Position numbers and translations under genes: made by a program. Of a stretch of DNA of 39,804 nt, positions 1 through 11,639 are shown in pieces. The DNA comes from Octopus bimaculoides (Eukaryota), in NCBI RefSeq assembly GCF_001194135.2, contig NC_068995.1, positions 36,947,063 through 36,986,866 on the forward strand, read 5' to 3'. The notes under the pieces are model-generated. The model saw nothing but the letters and a program-made list of their open reading frames with translations, did no database searches and was not told the DNA's origin. How positions within the stretch are numbered: position 1 is the stretch's first letter; each line of letters begins with the position of its first letter.

Positions 1-96
<96 letters not shown>

Positions 97-253
97 TGTT
101 TTCAAATTTTTCCACAAGGGCAGTCATTTTGGGGGAGGGGACGTGTCGATTACATTGACCACAGTTTTCAACAGGTACTTGATTTATCGACCCCAAAAGG
201 GTAAGCGGCAAAGTCGACCTCGGTGGAATTTGAGCTCAGAACGTAACGACGGC
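1..253 (-). mobile_element. tRNA-derived SINE ('gtcgacctcggcggaatttgaactcaga' family), 5'-truncated, with long (ATT)n tail at 1-92
   Basis: Matches the many other copies of the family in the window; tail is the (TAA)n run on the plus strand. Confidence 0.75.
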
Positions 254-255
254 AT

Positions 256-725
256 AAGATTTTGTGGGACTTTCCTACTCAAACGGACCAGAAGTTAGAA
301 AATGATAGACCAGACATAACAGTTATAGATAAAGAAAGGCGAAGATGCTTACTAATCGACCCATCACGCACGTTTAATTCCAGGATCGTAAAGAAAGAGG
401 ATGAAAATAAAAAAAATACGATCCCTTAACATTTGAAATCGAAAGAATTTGGAGTATGAAAACTGTAAAGGTCGTGCCTACAATAACTGATGCGTTAGGA
501 ACAGTAAGTAAAGCTATAGACAAATGGCTGAAGGAGATTGAAATAGAGCTCCTACAGAAAATTTATCTCTTAGGGACAGCAAGGATTTTCAGGAGGGTTC
601 TAAGCACTTGAAAGACTGCTGAAAACTTCTGGGTACCTAAGGTTACAGGTAGTAACCCGCTACCAACGTATCAGGAATAAAACTGAACTTGAGTCAAATT
701 AATTCATAATAATAATAATAATAAT
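256..725 (+). mobile_element. 5'-truncated R4/Dong(Rex6)-like RLE non-LTR retrotransposon 3' end with (TAA)n tail
   Basis: 256-611 translates KILWDFPTQTDQKLENDRPDITVIDKERRRCLLID...KEDE/KKYDPLTFEIERIWSM...VVP...LGTV...LLGTARIFRRVLST* with one frameshift in the A run near 410; RLE PD..D..K layout; 3' UTR, then (TAA)n at about 708-725. Confidence 0.8.
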
Positions 726-726
726 A

Positions 727-888
727 TGCAATATTGATGTCTTGCAAAAGGCAACCTTATTGGGCACAGCGCACATCTTAAGGAATGTATTATCTGTCTG
801 AGGACCTTGTTGTAACTTGACAGATGACTAAAGACGCCGGTGCATTTTTACCTACACTGTGTTACGAAGGAATAATAATAATAATAAT
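727..888 (+). mobile_element. Second, shorter R4/Dong-like LINE 3' end from a different subfamily, flanked by (TAA)n
   Basis: 727-801 = CNIDVLQKATLLGTAHILRNVLSV*, homologous to the C-terminus above; different 3' UTR; (TAA)n at 871-888. Confidence 0.7.
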
Positions 889-1112
889 TTCTTTACTGCC
901 CACAAGGAGCTACACACAGATGGGACAAACAAGGACAGACAAATGGATTAAGTCGATTATAGCGACCCCAGTGCGTAACTGGTACTTATTTAATCGACCC
1001 CGAATGGATGAAAGGCAAAGTCGACCTCGGCGGAATTTGAACTCAGAACGTAGCGGCAGACGAAATACTACTAAGCATTTCGACCAGCGTGCTAACGTTT
1101 CTGCCAGATGCC
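889..1112 (-). mobile_element. tRNA-derived SINE, same head family, alternative 3' tail
   Basis: Same core as 18226-18440; tail ...ccttgtgggcagtaaagaa(att)n. Confidence 0.75.
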
Positions 1113-1114
1113 CT

Positions 1115-1860
1115 GATGCAGTACCAGGCACTGATTCACATGGCTTCTGATCTTAACTGATTAGAAGTGTTAACATGTACATGTTTTGTCTTCGTATAAA
1201 AGATGGACTACAGCAAATGTTCTGCTCAGTACCATAGATTTACTTCTCAGTTGCTTTACCGTAACCAGTTGAGTATGTTCCTTAGTAGCTGACGATATGT
1301 GCATTTCTGATCACGAGCAGAAGTAGTGGGGAGGGGTGTCATAGCCATGTGTTGAGAGGATTTTTTGGGGGTTTGCCTTGATATGAGATCACCATGTCAC
1401 ACACATATGGTTGTGATGCATGTGCCTGGTGTACCCTTAACAGACGGGTAGTTAAGATGGGAATATTGGACTTCGTATATTTGTACCCCAGTGTCACTTT
1501 GGTGGCATGCACTGCTCTCTCACTCAATTATGATAATAAAAATAATAATCGTCATCATCTTAGTCATCATCATCGTCATCATCATCATCAGCCACGGCAT
1601 CAATAGCAGCAGCAGTAGTAACATCATTATCATCGTCATCATTTAACGTACCACTTTTCCATGCTTGCATAGGTCAGGCGGAATTAGTTGAGGCAGATTT
1701 TCTACTGTTGGATGTCCTTTCTGTTGTTAACCCTCACTTGTTTACAAGCAAAGTAATATTTCCCCATGACCGGACATGTTTTATGGAAGACTGGAAAGTA
1801 AGGACACCGTTTACATGAGTGTGATACTGATTTGCAACTATCATATGATACCGAGACGAA
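1115..1860 (-). repeat. Cluster of further SINE-like repeats and (CAT)n/(TAA)n tails
   Basis: The tail at about 1630-1680 is the reverse complement of 27400-27450 (ccatgcaagcat.gaaaa.tgga..ttaaa.gatgat); boundaries approximate. Confidence 0.5.
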
Positions 1861-1874
1861 AATACGTACACAAT

Positions 1875-1876
<2 letters not shown>

Positions 1877-1954
<78 letters not shown>

Positions 1955-1985
1955 ACACACACGCATACACATACACACATGCATG
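1877..1985. repeat. (CA)n microsatellite, representative of many (CA)n, (TA)n, (GA)n, (CTAT)n, (CATA)n, (CTTT)n and (CAT)n tracts in the window
   Basis: Direct reading; several of the N gaps are bounded by such tracts. Confidence 0.95.
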
Positions 1986-2801
1986 CATCTTATCTATCGT
2001 TTTGATCCCAATTTCTTCTGAAACGTTTCATTTTGAGAAATAGAGGATTGGTTCGCATTTGCTTAGGATACTTGATACTCAAAAAGATATACTCACATGG
2101 ACATACAGACGCGTACAGGGAGAGAGAGAGAGAGGGAGAAGGAAGGTGAGAGCGAAAGCGAGGGAGAGAGAGAGGACTATCTACAGATTACACATTAAGC
2201 CATTTTTAAAAGGGAATTATGATCATAAAAATGAAAGGAAAAGTTACAATGGATTATGCATACTGGACTGGATTATCGATTAGGTTTCCTAGAAAATTAT
2301 GACACTAATCCTTGGTGATTGTTACAATAAGATCTTTACAAGTGAAATATGAAATGTACACTTATAAATTCCTTAACAAAGAGTAGAACTGCTCTACAGT
2401 CACTCAGTCTGCTCGAAATATCAGCCAAATCTTTTAAAAACCACTCCATGTCTTCTTAAAAAAGAAAAGGGAAGCCATTTTGATAATAAAATCCTAGAAG
2501 TGTTATGTCTCATAAAAAAAAACAAAACGGAATGGTCACATCTGACACATTTTTGATCAAAGACCTGCTCCGTCATGACTAATATGGGTCTAAATAAAAC
2601 CAACAGCAGCAACAGCAAATGTATCTTAAGTCTTGAGGACTTCTTAAGAGTAGTTACTCAGCTCAAGATAACTGAATGATACTTAAGCTTTGAGTTAAGA
2701 TTCACACTAGGGAGAAGAGAAATAGATCGGCTTCACTCAGGATAGAATGTTTGTTTACTGCATGTAACATTTCCCAGATGATCTGGTTGTTGTTATGAAT
2801 G

Positions 2802-3112
2802 GAATGAGACTATTGGGCGCAGCTTTTTTGGACGCTGATGAATTGGCGCAGCTGATTAGATAATCAACTTGATTTTGACGACAGTGCTTTTTGGCGCTCG
2901 AGGTAAAGACAAATACAAATACACATGCAAAAATACACATATGCATGCGTGTCCATGTAATAAAATCTGCACAGAGAAAGAGAAAGAGAGAGAAAGAGAG
3001 AGAGAAAGTGGGAGAAAGATAATATTACAATTTATTAATTGAACGCTGCTGACATAAACGCTTTCCCTCTCTTCATACACGTAGAGAGAAGAATGCGCGC
3101 ACACAAAAACAC

Positions 3113-3154
<42 letters not shown>

Positions 3155-3297
3155 GAGAGAAAGAGAAAGAGGGAGGGAAAAAAGGAGATAAATATTAAAA
3201 CGTCTGATGTCAAGTATGTCAGCGTCGAATCAGCGACGCCAAAACAGGGGGCGCGTAAATGGCTGTGCCGAAACGGCTGCGACAAAACGTCTCATAC
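2802..3297. mobile_element. Degenerate MITE-like element enclosing (GA)n/(CA)n tracts
   Basis: Imperfect terminal inverted repeats gaatgagactattgggcgcagc / gctgcgacaaaacgtctcatac (17/22) plus inverted subterminal ttggcgcagctgatt / aatcagcgacgccaa. Confidence 0.4.
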
Positions 3298-3680
3298 TCA
3301 AAGACAAATAAGTCATTCATGCAGAAGTAACAATATGCTCGTTGTAGATTTGAATATTCGATCAATTAGCAGGTTGTTCAATAGCTTATCTGACCCTGTT
3401 ATAATGTTTAACTTCTGTTAATATGAAATTCAGTTGTTGTTGGTAGACCCAGGGTCAACTCTTATGGAGCAAACCAACGATGACAAATATTTCAGTCGTG
3501 ACAACCTCGTGTTTTGAAGGACATATCTAGAGTTAAATTATACAATGTGCCATTTCCTTTTTTAAAGATGTTAGGATGCGATTTGTGAGAGATTCGGCAG
3601 CTATTTATTACAAACCGAGCAATCAAGATGAATCTCGCTTGCTGGCTTGGTGAAATACAGTTGTAAATAAATGTTCTCAC

Positions 3681-3962
3681 CTGATTTATCAGCGATGAAA
3701 AATGTTAACTTCTCTCCTTTTACTTTTTGTAAATCAGGATCATCTGCAACTACGTTCCCTATGAATATACCAGCTTTGTTGTTTTCTAATACATAGAAGT
3801 AAAAACTTCGTTTTATAGTTGGTGGGTGATTTAGCGGAACAAGTATAGTGATATTTGTACTACTGGAAAGACCGGGCGCTCCATTATCTATAGCTTGTAC
3901 CACAATGTTATACTTTGTTTCAACTGGTTCTCGAACAAGATTATCAGCAACGGTTATATCAC
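3681..3962 (-). CDS. Long cadherin, exon type A, cassette 3 (282 nt, phase 1-1)
   Basis: tttttcag|GT acceptor, TCAG|gtgaga donor; GDITVADNLVREP...AIDNGAPGLSSS...VPLNHPP...VLEN...ADDPD...IADKS. Confidence 0.93.
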
Positions 3963-4184
3963 CTGAAAAACAAATATTTAGATAAATCAATAATAAATAA
4001 TAATTTATTAAAAATCACAAAAATCACAACTTTGAAGAAGGGCGTAATTGATTATACCAATTCGCACATATTTTGAAAAATTCAGGATGATTCGGGAACT
4101 AGCGAAGCTGAACATATTCAGCCTATTAAAACAAGGAAATTAATTGAAAAGCCAACTTAACTAGAAATGCAGAATAAAAATTAC

Positions 4185-4437
4185 CTTTGTCTTGGTCAAT
4201 TTTGAACTTGCCAAAACCTCCATCTTTGAGCAAATATGTAATTCGGTTATTCTGAAGACTGCAATCTGAGTCGATGGCACTAACGGAACCAACTTTTGTT
4301 CCTACTTTTGCTGTGATTGGAGTTTTAAATTTATACTGCTTTTTAAATATTGGAGCATTGTCATTTATATCCTGGATGACAATTTTAAGACTGGTTTCGG
4401 TTTTATGGCCAACACCTCCTTGGTCAATGGCAGTTAC
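4185..4437 (-). CDS. Long cadherin, exon type D, cassette 2 (253 nt, phase 0-1)
   Basis: CT-rich tract then ttcaag|GTA acceptor (AAG, less common), AAAG|gtaatt donor; VTAIDQGG...IQDINDNAPIF...AIDSDCSLQNNRITYLL...GKFKIDQDK. Confidence 0.88.
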
Positions 4438-5444
4438 CTTGAAGACAGTGAGAGAGAGGGAAAGAGAGAGAAAGACGTTGAAATCATACAATATAAAATT
4501 GGTGCACGTGTTGTGTGTATGTGTATGTGTGTTCTAGATGATAAAATGAAGATGATACTGAGAGAAGGAGAGAGAGAAATAGAGAACGAGGAAGAGAGGA
4601 ATTTCTAATGTAATAAATAAACGAACAAGAAATTGAATGAGAGATGATGAGAGAAAGAAAGAAAGAAACAAGAGGAGAGGGAGGGAGAGAGAGAAAGGGG
4701 TTGGTGTTGGTCATGTGAATGCTTGAACAGCGTTTCGGCACTGATTAAATAGAATGATAAGACAGATAAACAATTGGAAGAGAGGAAATACATTGTCAGT
4801 CTTAGCTGAATGGGGTAATTGTATTTGTAGAAGTAGAAGAGAAAACGTGAGAGGAAGAGAAATGAAAAAGAGCGAGAAAATAAAACTAAGAGAAAGGCAA
4901 CTTGACTCTGGTTATTCAAAACAATAGCGACAGCTATCAGATGTCAAAAGGTGTGTGTACAACAATCTCATAAAGTAAACAAAAGTGAATTGAGAAATAA
5001 CTCATCATGGCCAGAGGCATGTATCTAAATAACATAGACAAATACAAGTACGTCAAATAACATACAACAAATTCTTGACTTATTGGAGTTATTTTCTCCT
5101 CTAGAGGCTGTATCATAATTACCAAGTAGCAATTATGACAAGGTCCACTTGAGAATGGTAGATAATCACAATTACGTGTTCTCCAAAGCTGACATACTAG
5201 GCCAGGCTTACTGTTTGGAGATATGAGAACAACAGTTGACACGTATTTCTGGCTCTATTGCCGTTATCAGCTCTACGATTGTCCGATCTTATCTCCAGTA
5301 GCCATCGGACTCGGATTTATGCAAAAAAGAGGAGAAAACATTTATGACCTTGGAAATTTTGACAAGGAAATTCTTTAGTAAAATTTCTCACGATAAATAA
5401 TGAAGATAACAAAACCAAATCCAATCAAAGTAATGTACTCCTAC

Positions 5445-5618
5445 CTTCAAGTCATATGTGTCTACAACATCACAGCGAATGTTAACCGGATGTTTCACAC
5501 GAATTGTACCTTCTAGAACGTTAAAGGTGAACAGCTGAGCACCTCCTCCTGATAAGTTGTAGACAATATCCCTGTTATATTCCTCAGCATCTGCATCGGT
5601 TGCAATAATTTCCTGATT
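5445..5618 (-). CDS. Long cadherin, exon type C, cassette 2 (174 nt, phase 0-0); no corresponding ORF in the supplied track
   Basis: tattttcag|AAT acceptor, AAG|gtagga donor; NQEIIATDADAEEYNRDIVYNLSGGGAQLFTFNVLEGTIRVKHPVNIRCDVVDTYDLK; same length as exon 17807-17980. Confidence 0.9.
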
Positions 5619-5809
5619 CTGAAAATATAAAAATTAAATTGATGACATAAAAATATGCGCAGCTTTCTAAAAACTTACTTTTAGATCTATGGGAGTTTCA
5701 TTTTTGATTTTAAGAGGTTGATGTTTAGTACCAAATTTTAAGAATTAAGCTGGTAAGAAATAAATTCTTTACTGATTGGGACGTTATCTGCCTAGCATAG
5801 GTAACCATG

Positions 5810-6125
5810 TGGAAGCGCAATGGCCCAGTGGTTAGGGCAGCGGACTCGCGGTCGGAGGATCGTGGTTTCGATTCCCAGAGTGTTTATTGAGCGAAAAACA
5901 CCTAAAGCTCCACAACACTCCGGCAGGAGGTGGTGGTGACCCCTGTTGTACTCTTTCTCCCCAACTTTCTCTAACTCTTTCTTCCTGTTTCTTGAGTAAC
6001 GTTGCGATGGACTGGCGTCCCGTCCAGTTGGGGGGGGGGACACCTACGCCATAGAAACCGGGAAACCGGGCCCATGAGTCTGGCTAGGCTTTAGAAGGGC
6101 GCATAAAAATAAAAAATAAAAATAA
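5810..6125 (+). mobile_element. tRNA-derived SINE with V-domain-like body
   Basis: A box TGGCCCAGTGG, B box GGTTTCGATTCC; GCGATGGACTGGCGTCCCGTCCAG at about 6004-6027; (AAAAAT)n tail. Confidence 0.7.
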
Positions 6126-7444
6126 GTAACCATATTAAACGATATGATTGTATTTCTACCAGTGGCTAATTCAACTGAGACAGGTCTACGATTTGCTATT
6201 TGCTGAAACACGTGATGGTTTGAACAAAAGATCTATGAGCCACCAAAGCCACTTCTACATTGTCGTTCAATCTGCTATATACTTACACAAACCATATCAT
6301 AAAATCAATGAAAAGAAAGACATATTAGATAATGTTGTCCTAGACGTACTGTATATAGTATATCTGAAAGATGGGTTAGTTACAGTAGGAACACCTTTCA
6401 TCTGTTTGATAAGGACAGTCCCGGAGTTAACAACAAACACAATAAGAAAAACCTAAACAGCAACAAAAGATATATAATGCAACGGTTCACAGTGATATCT
6501 ACTCATGGCATTAAGTAGATAAAAGATAAAATGTCTTTATTTAGGATACTAATTTATTACAGATAAAACTCTATTTTTCTAAATAATGCAGGATTAAAGA
6601 AATGAAAAAAGATCTATGAACTTGAATTACAATACCCCTGCCAGTCATTTCCTTTCTGTATACACAGCAGCTATCTTTAATATAAATAATGCGTTGTGAT
6701 GTAGCATTCCTTAGTGGTATATCTATTATTTGTTACTGCGTAATATTCGGTTTTTAGAAAAATATTTTGATACTTGAATGGAAAGCAGATATACCTGTCT
6801 GTGCATATCTGCGAAAGCATCAAATGATCTTCCCACAAACCAAAAGACCAATACAGCCAGAGTATTCAAATATCGGCTTTTGCAGTATTGAGCTGTTAGC
6901 AAGGAAATTTGATTTCAGCCTTTAGGCACAACTCGTTTATCGCAGATGTTTTATTACACGCAGTTCTTTAACTTGACAACATCGAGAGAAGATACATTAA
7001 TCACTTTGTAGATAAGATCATTATTATCTTTAGTTTAGAATTAAAAGTTTTTGGTCCAAATTCCCTCGAGTACTATATGCATATTTGGAATGTCTATGTA
7101 ATACTAGATCAAATCGATAGAAATTTAGTTCTAGATGTAAATATCAAAATATGCTTCACCTCTAAAGATTGTGTTAATAGACCGGGAATTGTAATATTTT
7201 GTGTTGCCGAGAACTCTTCTTTTTCAGACTGGAGCGAACACGTTACAATGAAGTAGAGAAATTTGAAAAGACAACACGAAACCGGTTATTTCTCAAAATA
7301 CAATGTTTATATACCAAAAAGATTTTCTAACATTTTTCTAACATTTTTCTGACATAATTTAAATATATACTTTAACCATGTAACACAAGCCTTCTGTAGT
7401 TTTTTCACTCTTATTATCTTTTATATATATATATATATATACAA

Positions 7445-7800
7445 ATGTATCTTTTATCTTTTACTTGTGTCAGTCAATAAACTGTGGCCATGCTGGGGTA
7501 CCGCCTTGAGATTTAGTCCACTGAATCGATTCCAGTGCATTTTTAAAGTCTAGTACTTATTCTATTAGCTTCATTTGCTAAACCGCTAATTTATGGGGAC
7601 GTAAACAGACCAACATCAGTTGTGAATCCGTGGTGGTGATGAGAAAAACACAGACACAATGACGCACACATACACACACACGGCTTTGGTGACCCGAGGT
7701 TATAGTAGAAGACACTTGGCCAAGGTTCCGTACAAGGGAACTGAACCTGGAACCAAGTGGTTGGGAAGCAAGCTTCTTACCACACAGCCATCCTTGCTTA
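7445..7800 (-). mobile_element. Major tRNA/CORE-like SINE with internal (CA/TG)n
   Basis: Reverse complement of the full-length copy at 25055-25474. Confidence 0.8.
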
Positions 7801-8479
7801 TATATNNNNNNNNNNNNNNNNNNNNNNNNNNNNNNNNNNNNNNNNNNNNNNNNNNNNNNNNNNNNNNNNNNNNNNNNNNNNNNNNNNNNNNNNNNNNNNN
7901 NNNNNNNNNNNNNNNNNNNNNNNNNNNNNNNNNNNNNNNNNNNNNNNNNNNNNNNNNNNNNNNNNNNNNNNNNNNNNNNNNNNNNNNNNNNNNNNNNNNN
8001 NNNNNNNNNNNNNNNNNNNNNNNNNNNNNNNNNNNNNNNNNNNNNNNNNNNNNNNNNNNNNNNNNNNNNNNNNNNNNNNNNNNNNNNNNNNNNNNNNNNN
8101 NNNNNNAGAACTATATAGTTGTTTGAGTTCTTCACAGCAGAAGAGGCAAATTTCTCTCAGCGAACATAATGTTGTTTATTACTAGAATGAACATTAAAAT
8201 GACGATGATGAAGGTTAATTATATGAACTGCACTTTCACCGGCTGTCAAACGATGGTGGGGAACAGACACTGACTCAATGATGCACGCCCGCCCGCCCGC
8301 ACACATACGACGGGCTTCCTTCAGTTGTTTCGTATACCAAATCCAAGACTTTGATCGGTCCAAAGCTGAAGACACTTGCCCAAGGTGCTATACAGTGTCA
8401 ATAAATCCATGTTGGGAATTAAGCCTCTTGTCACACAGCCACATCTGCGCCTATACTGGATAAAATTGTTGCATGTATT

Positions 8480-8660
8480 TTGTTCTTGTCTCTGAACGAA
8501 GGCAAGTGCTGCTCATAACCGTCATTGAAGGTATTTTCTGTCATTTCAATGTAAAGTTTTATAGTTCCGTTCAAGCCCGAGATGCTGGCCTTGTACACCA
8601 GTTGTTCTTCTTGACACACATTGTCCAGAGATTGATATCGTAGAATCTACAAATTCCAAA
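8480..8660 (-). mobile_element. Penelope-like GIY-YIG endonuclease remnant
   Basis: SGQC/..LVYKASISGLNGTIKLYIEMTENTFNDGYEQHLPSF resembles CxxxxVVYKAxxxxxxxKxYIGxTExxFKxRYxxHxxSF. Confidence 0.55.
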
Positions 8661-8995
8661 TCGTTGTAGGCTGTTCCTAATGTTATTATTCGTATTATAA
8701 TTGAAAATAATCGACCGCATGACGAAGAGGCAACTATATTTAACTTAAACTGTATTTCTATTAAAAATCTTCTGATATTTATGCGAGTGTGGGCAGTGGA
8801 TATCTATGTTTAAAAAATGTTCTAGCTATATTTGCAGCTAATGCAGTGTTAAGCACCCATTCTCCCTATTCGATTCTAGAGTCACTCTCTTTTCCTCCCT
8901 ATATATATATATATATATGCTGCTACTATGAATGTCTGTGTATGTTGCGCCTGTGTGGTGCTTGTTCACAACTGCTTAACGACCGTCGATGATTT

Positions 8996-9155
8996 GCTTA
9001 TGAAGTTTATCGGCTCGGCTAAAAGAGACCGATAGAATAAGTACTAAGTATAAAAGAAAATAAGTACTGGGGTCGATTTGTTTGATTTAACCATTAAAAG
9101 TGGTGCCCTAGCATGACCGCAGTCTAATGACTAAAGTAAATAAAAAATAAAAGAT
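8996..9155 (+). mobile_element. 3' half of the major SINE
   Basis: aaagagaccgatagaataagtact...ggggtcgattt...gcatgaccgcagtctaatgact...aaaaga. Confidence 0.7.
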
Positions 9156-9202
9156 TACAATGAATACAACTACGTATAGGACGACGTTGAAAGATAACTC
9201 AC

Positions 9203-9444
9203 CAATTTCACAACTCCAGACAAATCAGTTTCGGTATAAGTTCCGTAATATCCCACAGTTGATTTAAAGATTGGCTCATTATCGTTGATATCTTCAACTA
9301 TTACCTTCACAGTGGTACTAACTGTATGGGTCGGGGCACCGATGTTTATAACAGAAACGGTGAAAATATATTGTTCCTGTTGTTCACGGTCAAGAAGTGA
9401 TTGCGTTTGGATCAAACCAGTTTCAGAGTTCATGGTAAACATAC
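9203..9444 (-). CDS. Long cadherin, exon type B, cassette 2 (242 nt, phase 1-0)
   Basis: tcttgcag|GT acceptor, TTG|gtgagt donor; MFTMNSETGLIQTQSLLDREQQEQY...VEDINDNEPIF...SGVVKL. Confidence 0.93.
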
Positions 9445-10442
9445 CTGCAAGAATAGATAATTCAGACATATTTCATACGAGAGTTCTGAAAATATATTAT
9501 ATATTTATATGAGTAAATACTCTCAAAACAGTTGTAAGCAATTATATACACCAACATGTACAATATTATACATTTATTAGGTGATTCTTTCATCACCACT
9601 AAGGCAAGTATGTTAAAGCCTATGTTCAGTTGATGATGTCAGAATAGAACTGAAGCATTCGAGGAGTTATCTCACCATACTTATAAAAGTGAAATAATAT
9701 TAAAATAATATCACTCTTCGACCAATAATGTTTTTTCTTCAGTGCATAGTTATTCCTTTCTGCTATAGCCATGTGTTTTGTTTTGTCGTAGTACTCAACA
9801 GAGGCGAGAACATTTTAATGTCAAGGATACTTAGATATTTGAAGACTATTTTCTTCACGCATAAAACATTTTGACACGTAGGAGTGAATAAATTAATTCA
9901 AATACACAACGATAAATTTACGTCCATCTAAAATTAAAACAATGTGTCTGAAAGGATAAGCATATATATATTTGGATAGAGTTGTTAGATATGGTATTAA
10001 CAAGTTTTTATTTGATTTATATATTTATTATTATCAGTTGCTACTACTATGGCCACCATAACTACTGGAGTTTAAGGTTTGGATTGTTCTGAAGATTTAA
10101 ATTGCGTAATATTTGTAATATATTCAATAACTTGATGCTGTCTAATCAAAAGTAATGTAACAATGATATCAATGCTAAGAATAAACATTTTTGCAGCAAA
10201 ACTTCATGTAATCTTCTGAAAGTTGGATTATTCGCGCTCATGTAAAATGAAATGTTTTGTGCAGAAACACAACAGAACACTCGAAGCAGATTTGAACTCA
10301 GACCAATGAGAAAGTCATCGAACATATTATCTGCCTAGCCATTTTGCTCTCTCTCTCTCATATTTTCCCCTAGTATTTTATCAACCTTAAATTGAGTAAA
10401 AGTGAAATTTACATAAGAACACCAAATACTAAACAAATATTC

Positions 10443-10660
10443 GTTTCTACCATAGGCACAAGACTTGAAATTTTAGTGGGAGAGTTTAGCCGATTACATC
10501 GACCGCAGTACTAAACTGGTACTTATTTTATCAACATCGAAAGGATAAAAGGTAAAGTCGACCTCGGCGGAATTTGAACTCAGGAACGTAAAGACGGACG
10601 AAATGCCGCTAAACATTTTTTCGGCGCGGTAAAGGGTAATGATTCTGCCAGCTCGCTGTC
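10443..10660 (-). mobile_element. tRNA-derived SINE (gtcgacctcggcgg family)
   Basis: Near full-length copy matching the other family members. Confidence 0.8.
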
Positions 10661-10791
10661 TTATAGAAAAACAAATATTGAGTATCAACTATGGCTGCCT
10701 TTAGACAGCCATAGAGATCGTTATAGAAAATTGAGCCGACGATTGTATAGTTCTTGGTTTAATGAAAATCAATCTCCTGTGCAAGAATAAA

Positions 10792-11071
10792 CACCATATT
10801 TACTTGTGTATAAGTCACCCCCGTGTATAAGTCGTACTCGTGTATAAGTCGCCTTCCTTATTTAGTATTAAACCTTGGTACAAAACTTCCCCCTCATAGT
10901 TTTAGCTTTACTTCATCTATAAGTTACCCCCTCAGTTAAGTGTGAAGTCTGGGTACAAATTTTTTCCCTTCGTAATTTTAGCTTTGCCCCATGTATACGG
11001 CGCACCCTAGTTTTTGTCTCAGTTAAAATCAAGTATAAAATATTGCTACTTATAAACGAGTAAATATTGTA
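10792..11071. mobile_element. pogo/Tigger-like MITE
   Basis: Termini caccatatttacttgtgtataagtc ... ctacttataaacgagtaaatattgta; internal gtgtataagtc repeats. Confidence 0.6.
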
Positions 11072-11160
11072 AATTCACACAAAGAGAAACATACACACAG
11101 ATACACATAGACACACACCATACATACAACTCGCGTGCATACACATACGTAAGAGATTAC

Positions 11161-11442
11161 CTGTAATATCTGATATGACGTAGACAATTTCTTCTTGTGG
11201 ATTTTGATTCATATCAGGATCGGTCACTGTAATTTTCCCTATTTCAGTGGTGGTTGTGCTGTTTTCTTTGACAAAGAATACATAAGTGTCATTCACGATT
11301 GGTGGTTTGTTCAGCGTCACACGTATCCTCACCTTTGCGAAACCAGAAAGACTCGGTTCACCAGTGTCAAATGCTTGGATAACCAGGTTGTATTCTTCCC
11401 CTTGGGTATTGTCTGTCAGGTTGCTGGAGACATATAATTCAC
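11161..11442 (-). CDS. Long cadherin, exon type A, cassette 2 (282 nt, phase 1-1)
   Basis: ttttcag|GT acceptor, ACAG|gtaatc donor; GELYVSSNL...AFDTGEPSLS...VTLNKPP...VKEN...TDPD...ISDIT; same length and phase as the other A exons. Confidence 0.93.
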
Positions 11443-11639
11443 CTGAAAAGAGATGACAAAAATGAAAAAAGTCAATAAAAGATATTTGCAGATAATTTAG
11501 TGTCATGAGAGAAAAGAAATTATTTTATCAGTACAAAGGCAGTAATATGAGGCTGAGACAACATTGCACCATAATATAATACAAGCAAAGGTAAAATTCG
11601 AATTTCGAAGGCATTGGTGAAACTCTGTTTCAGCTATAG

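Noticed and set aside
1702-2021. ORFs of poly-(VC), poly-(HT), poly-(IYLS), poly-(YI), poly-His and similar, here and throughout
   Set aside because: Translations of microsatellites.
2778-2902. Plus-strand segment with good-looking acceptor (ttcccag) and donor (gag|gtaaag)
   Set aside because: Stops in all three frames, and it overlaps the left end of a MITE-like repeat.
5810-5880. tRNA-like sequences (also near 18602, 19850-19914, 25055)
   Set aside because: They carry A/B boxes but run into SINE bodies and lack a complete cloverleaf; they are SINE heads.
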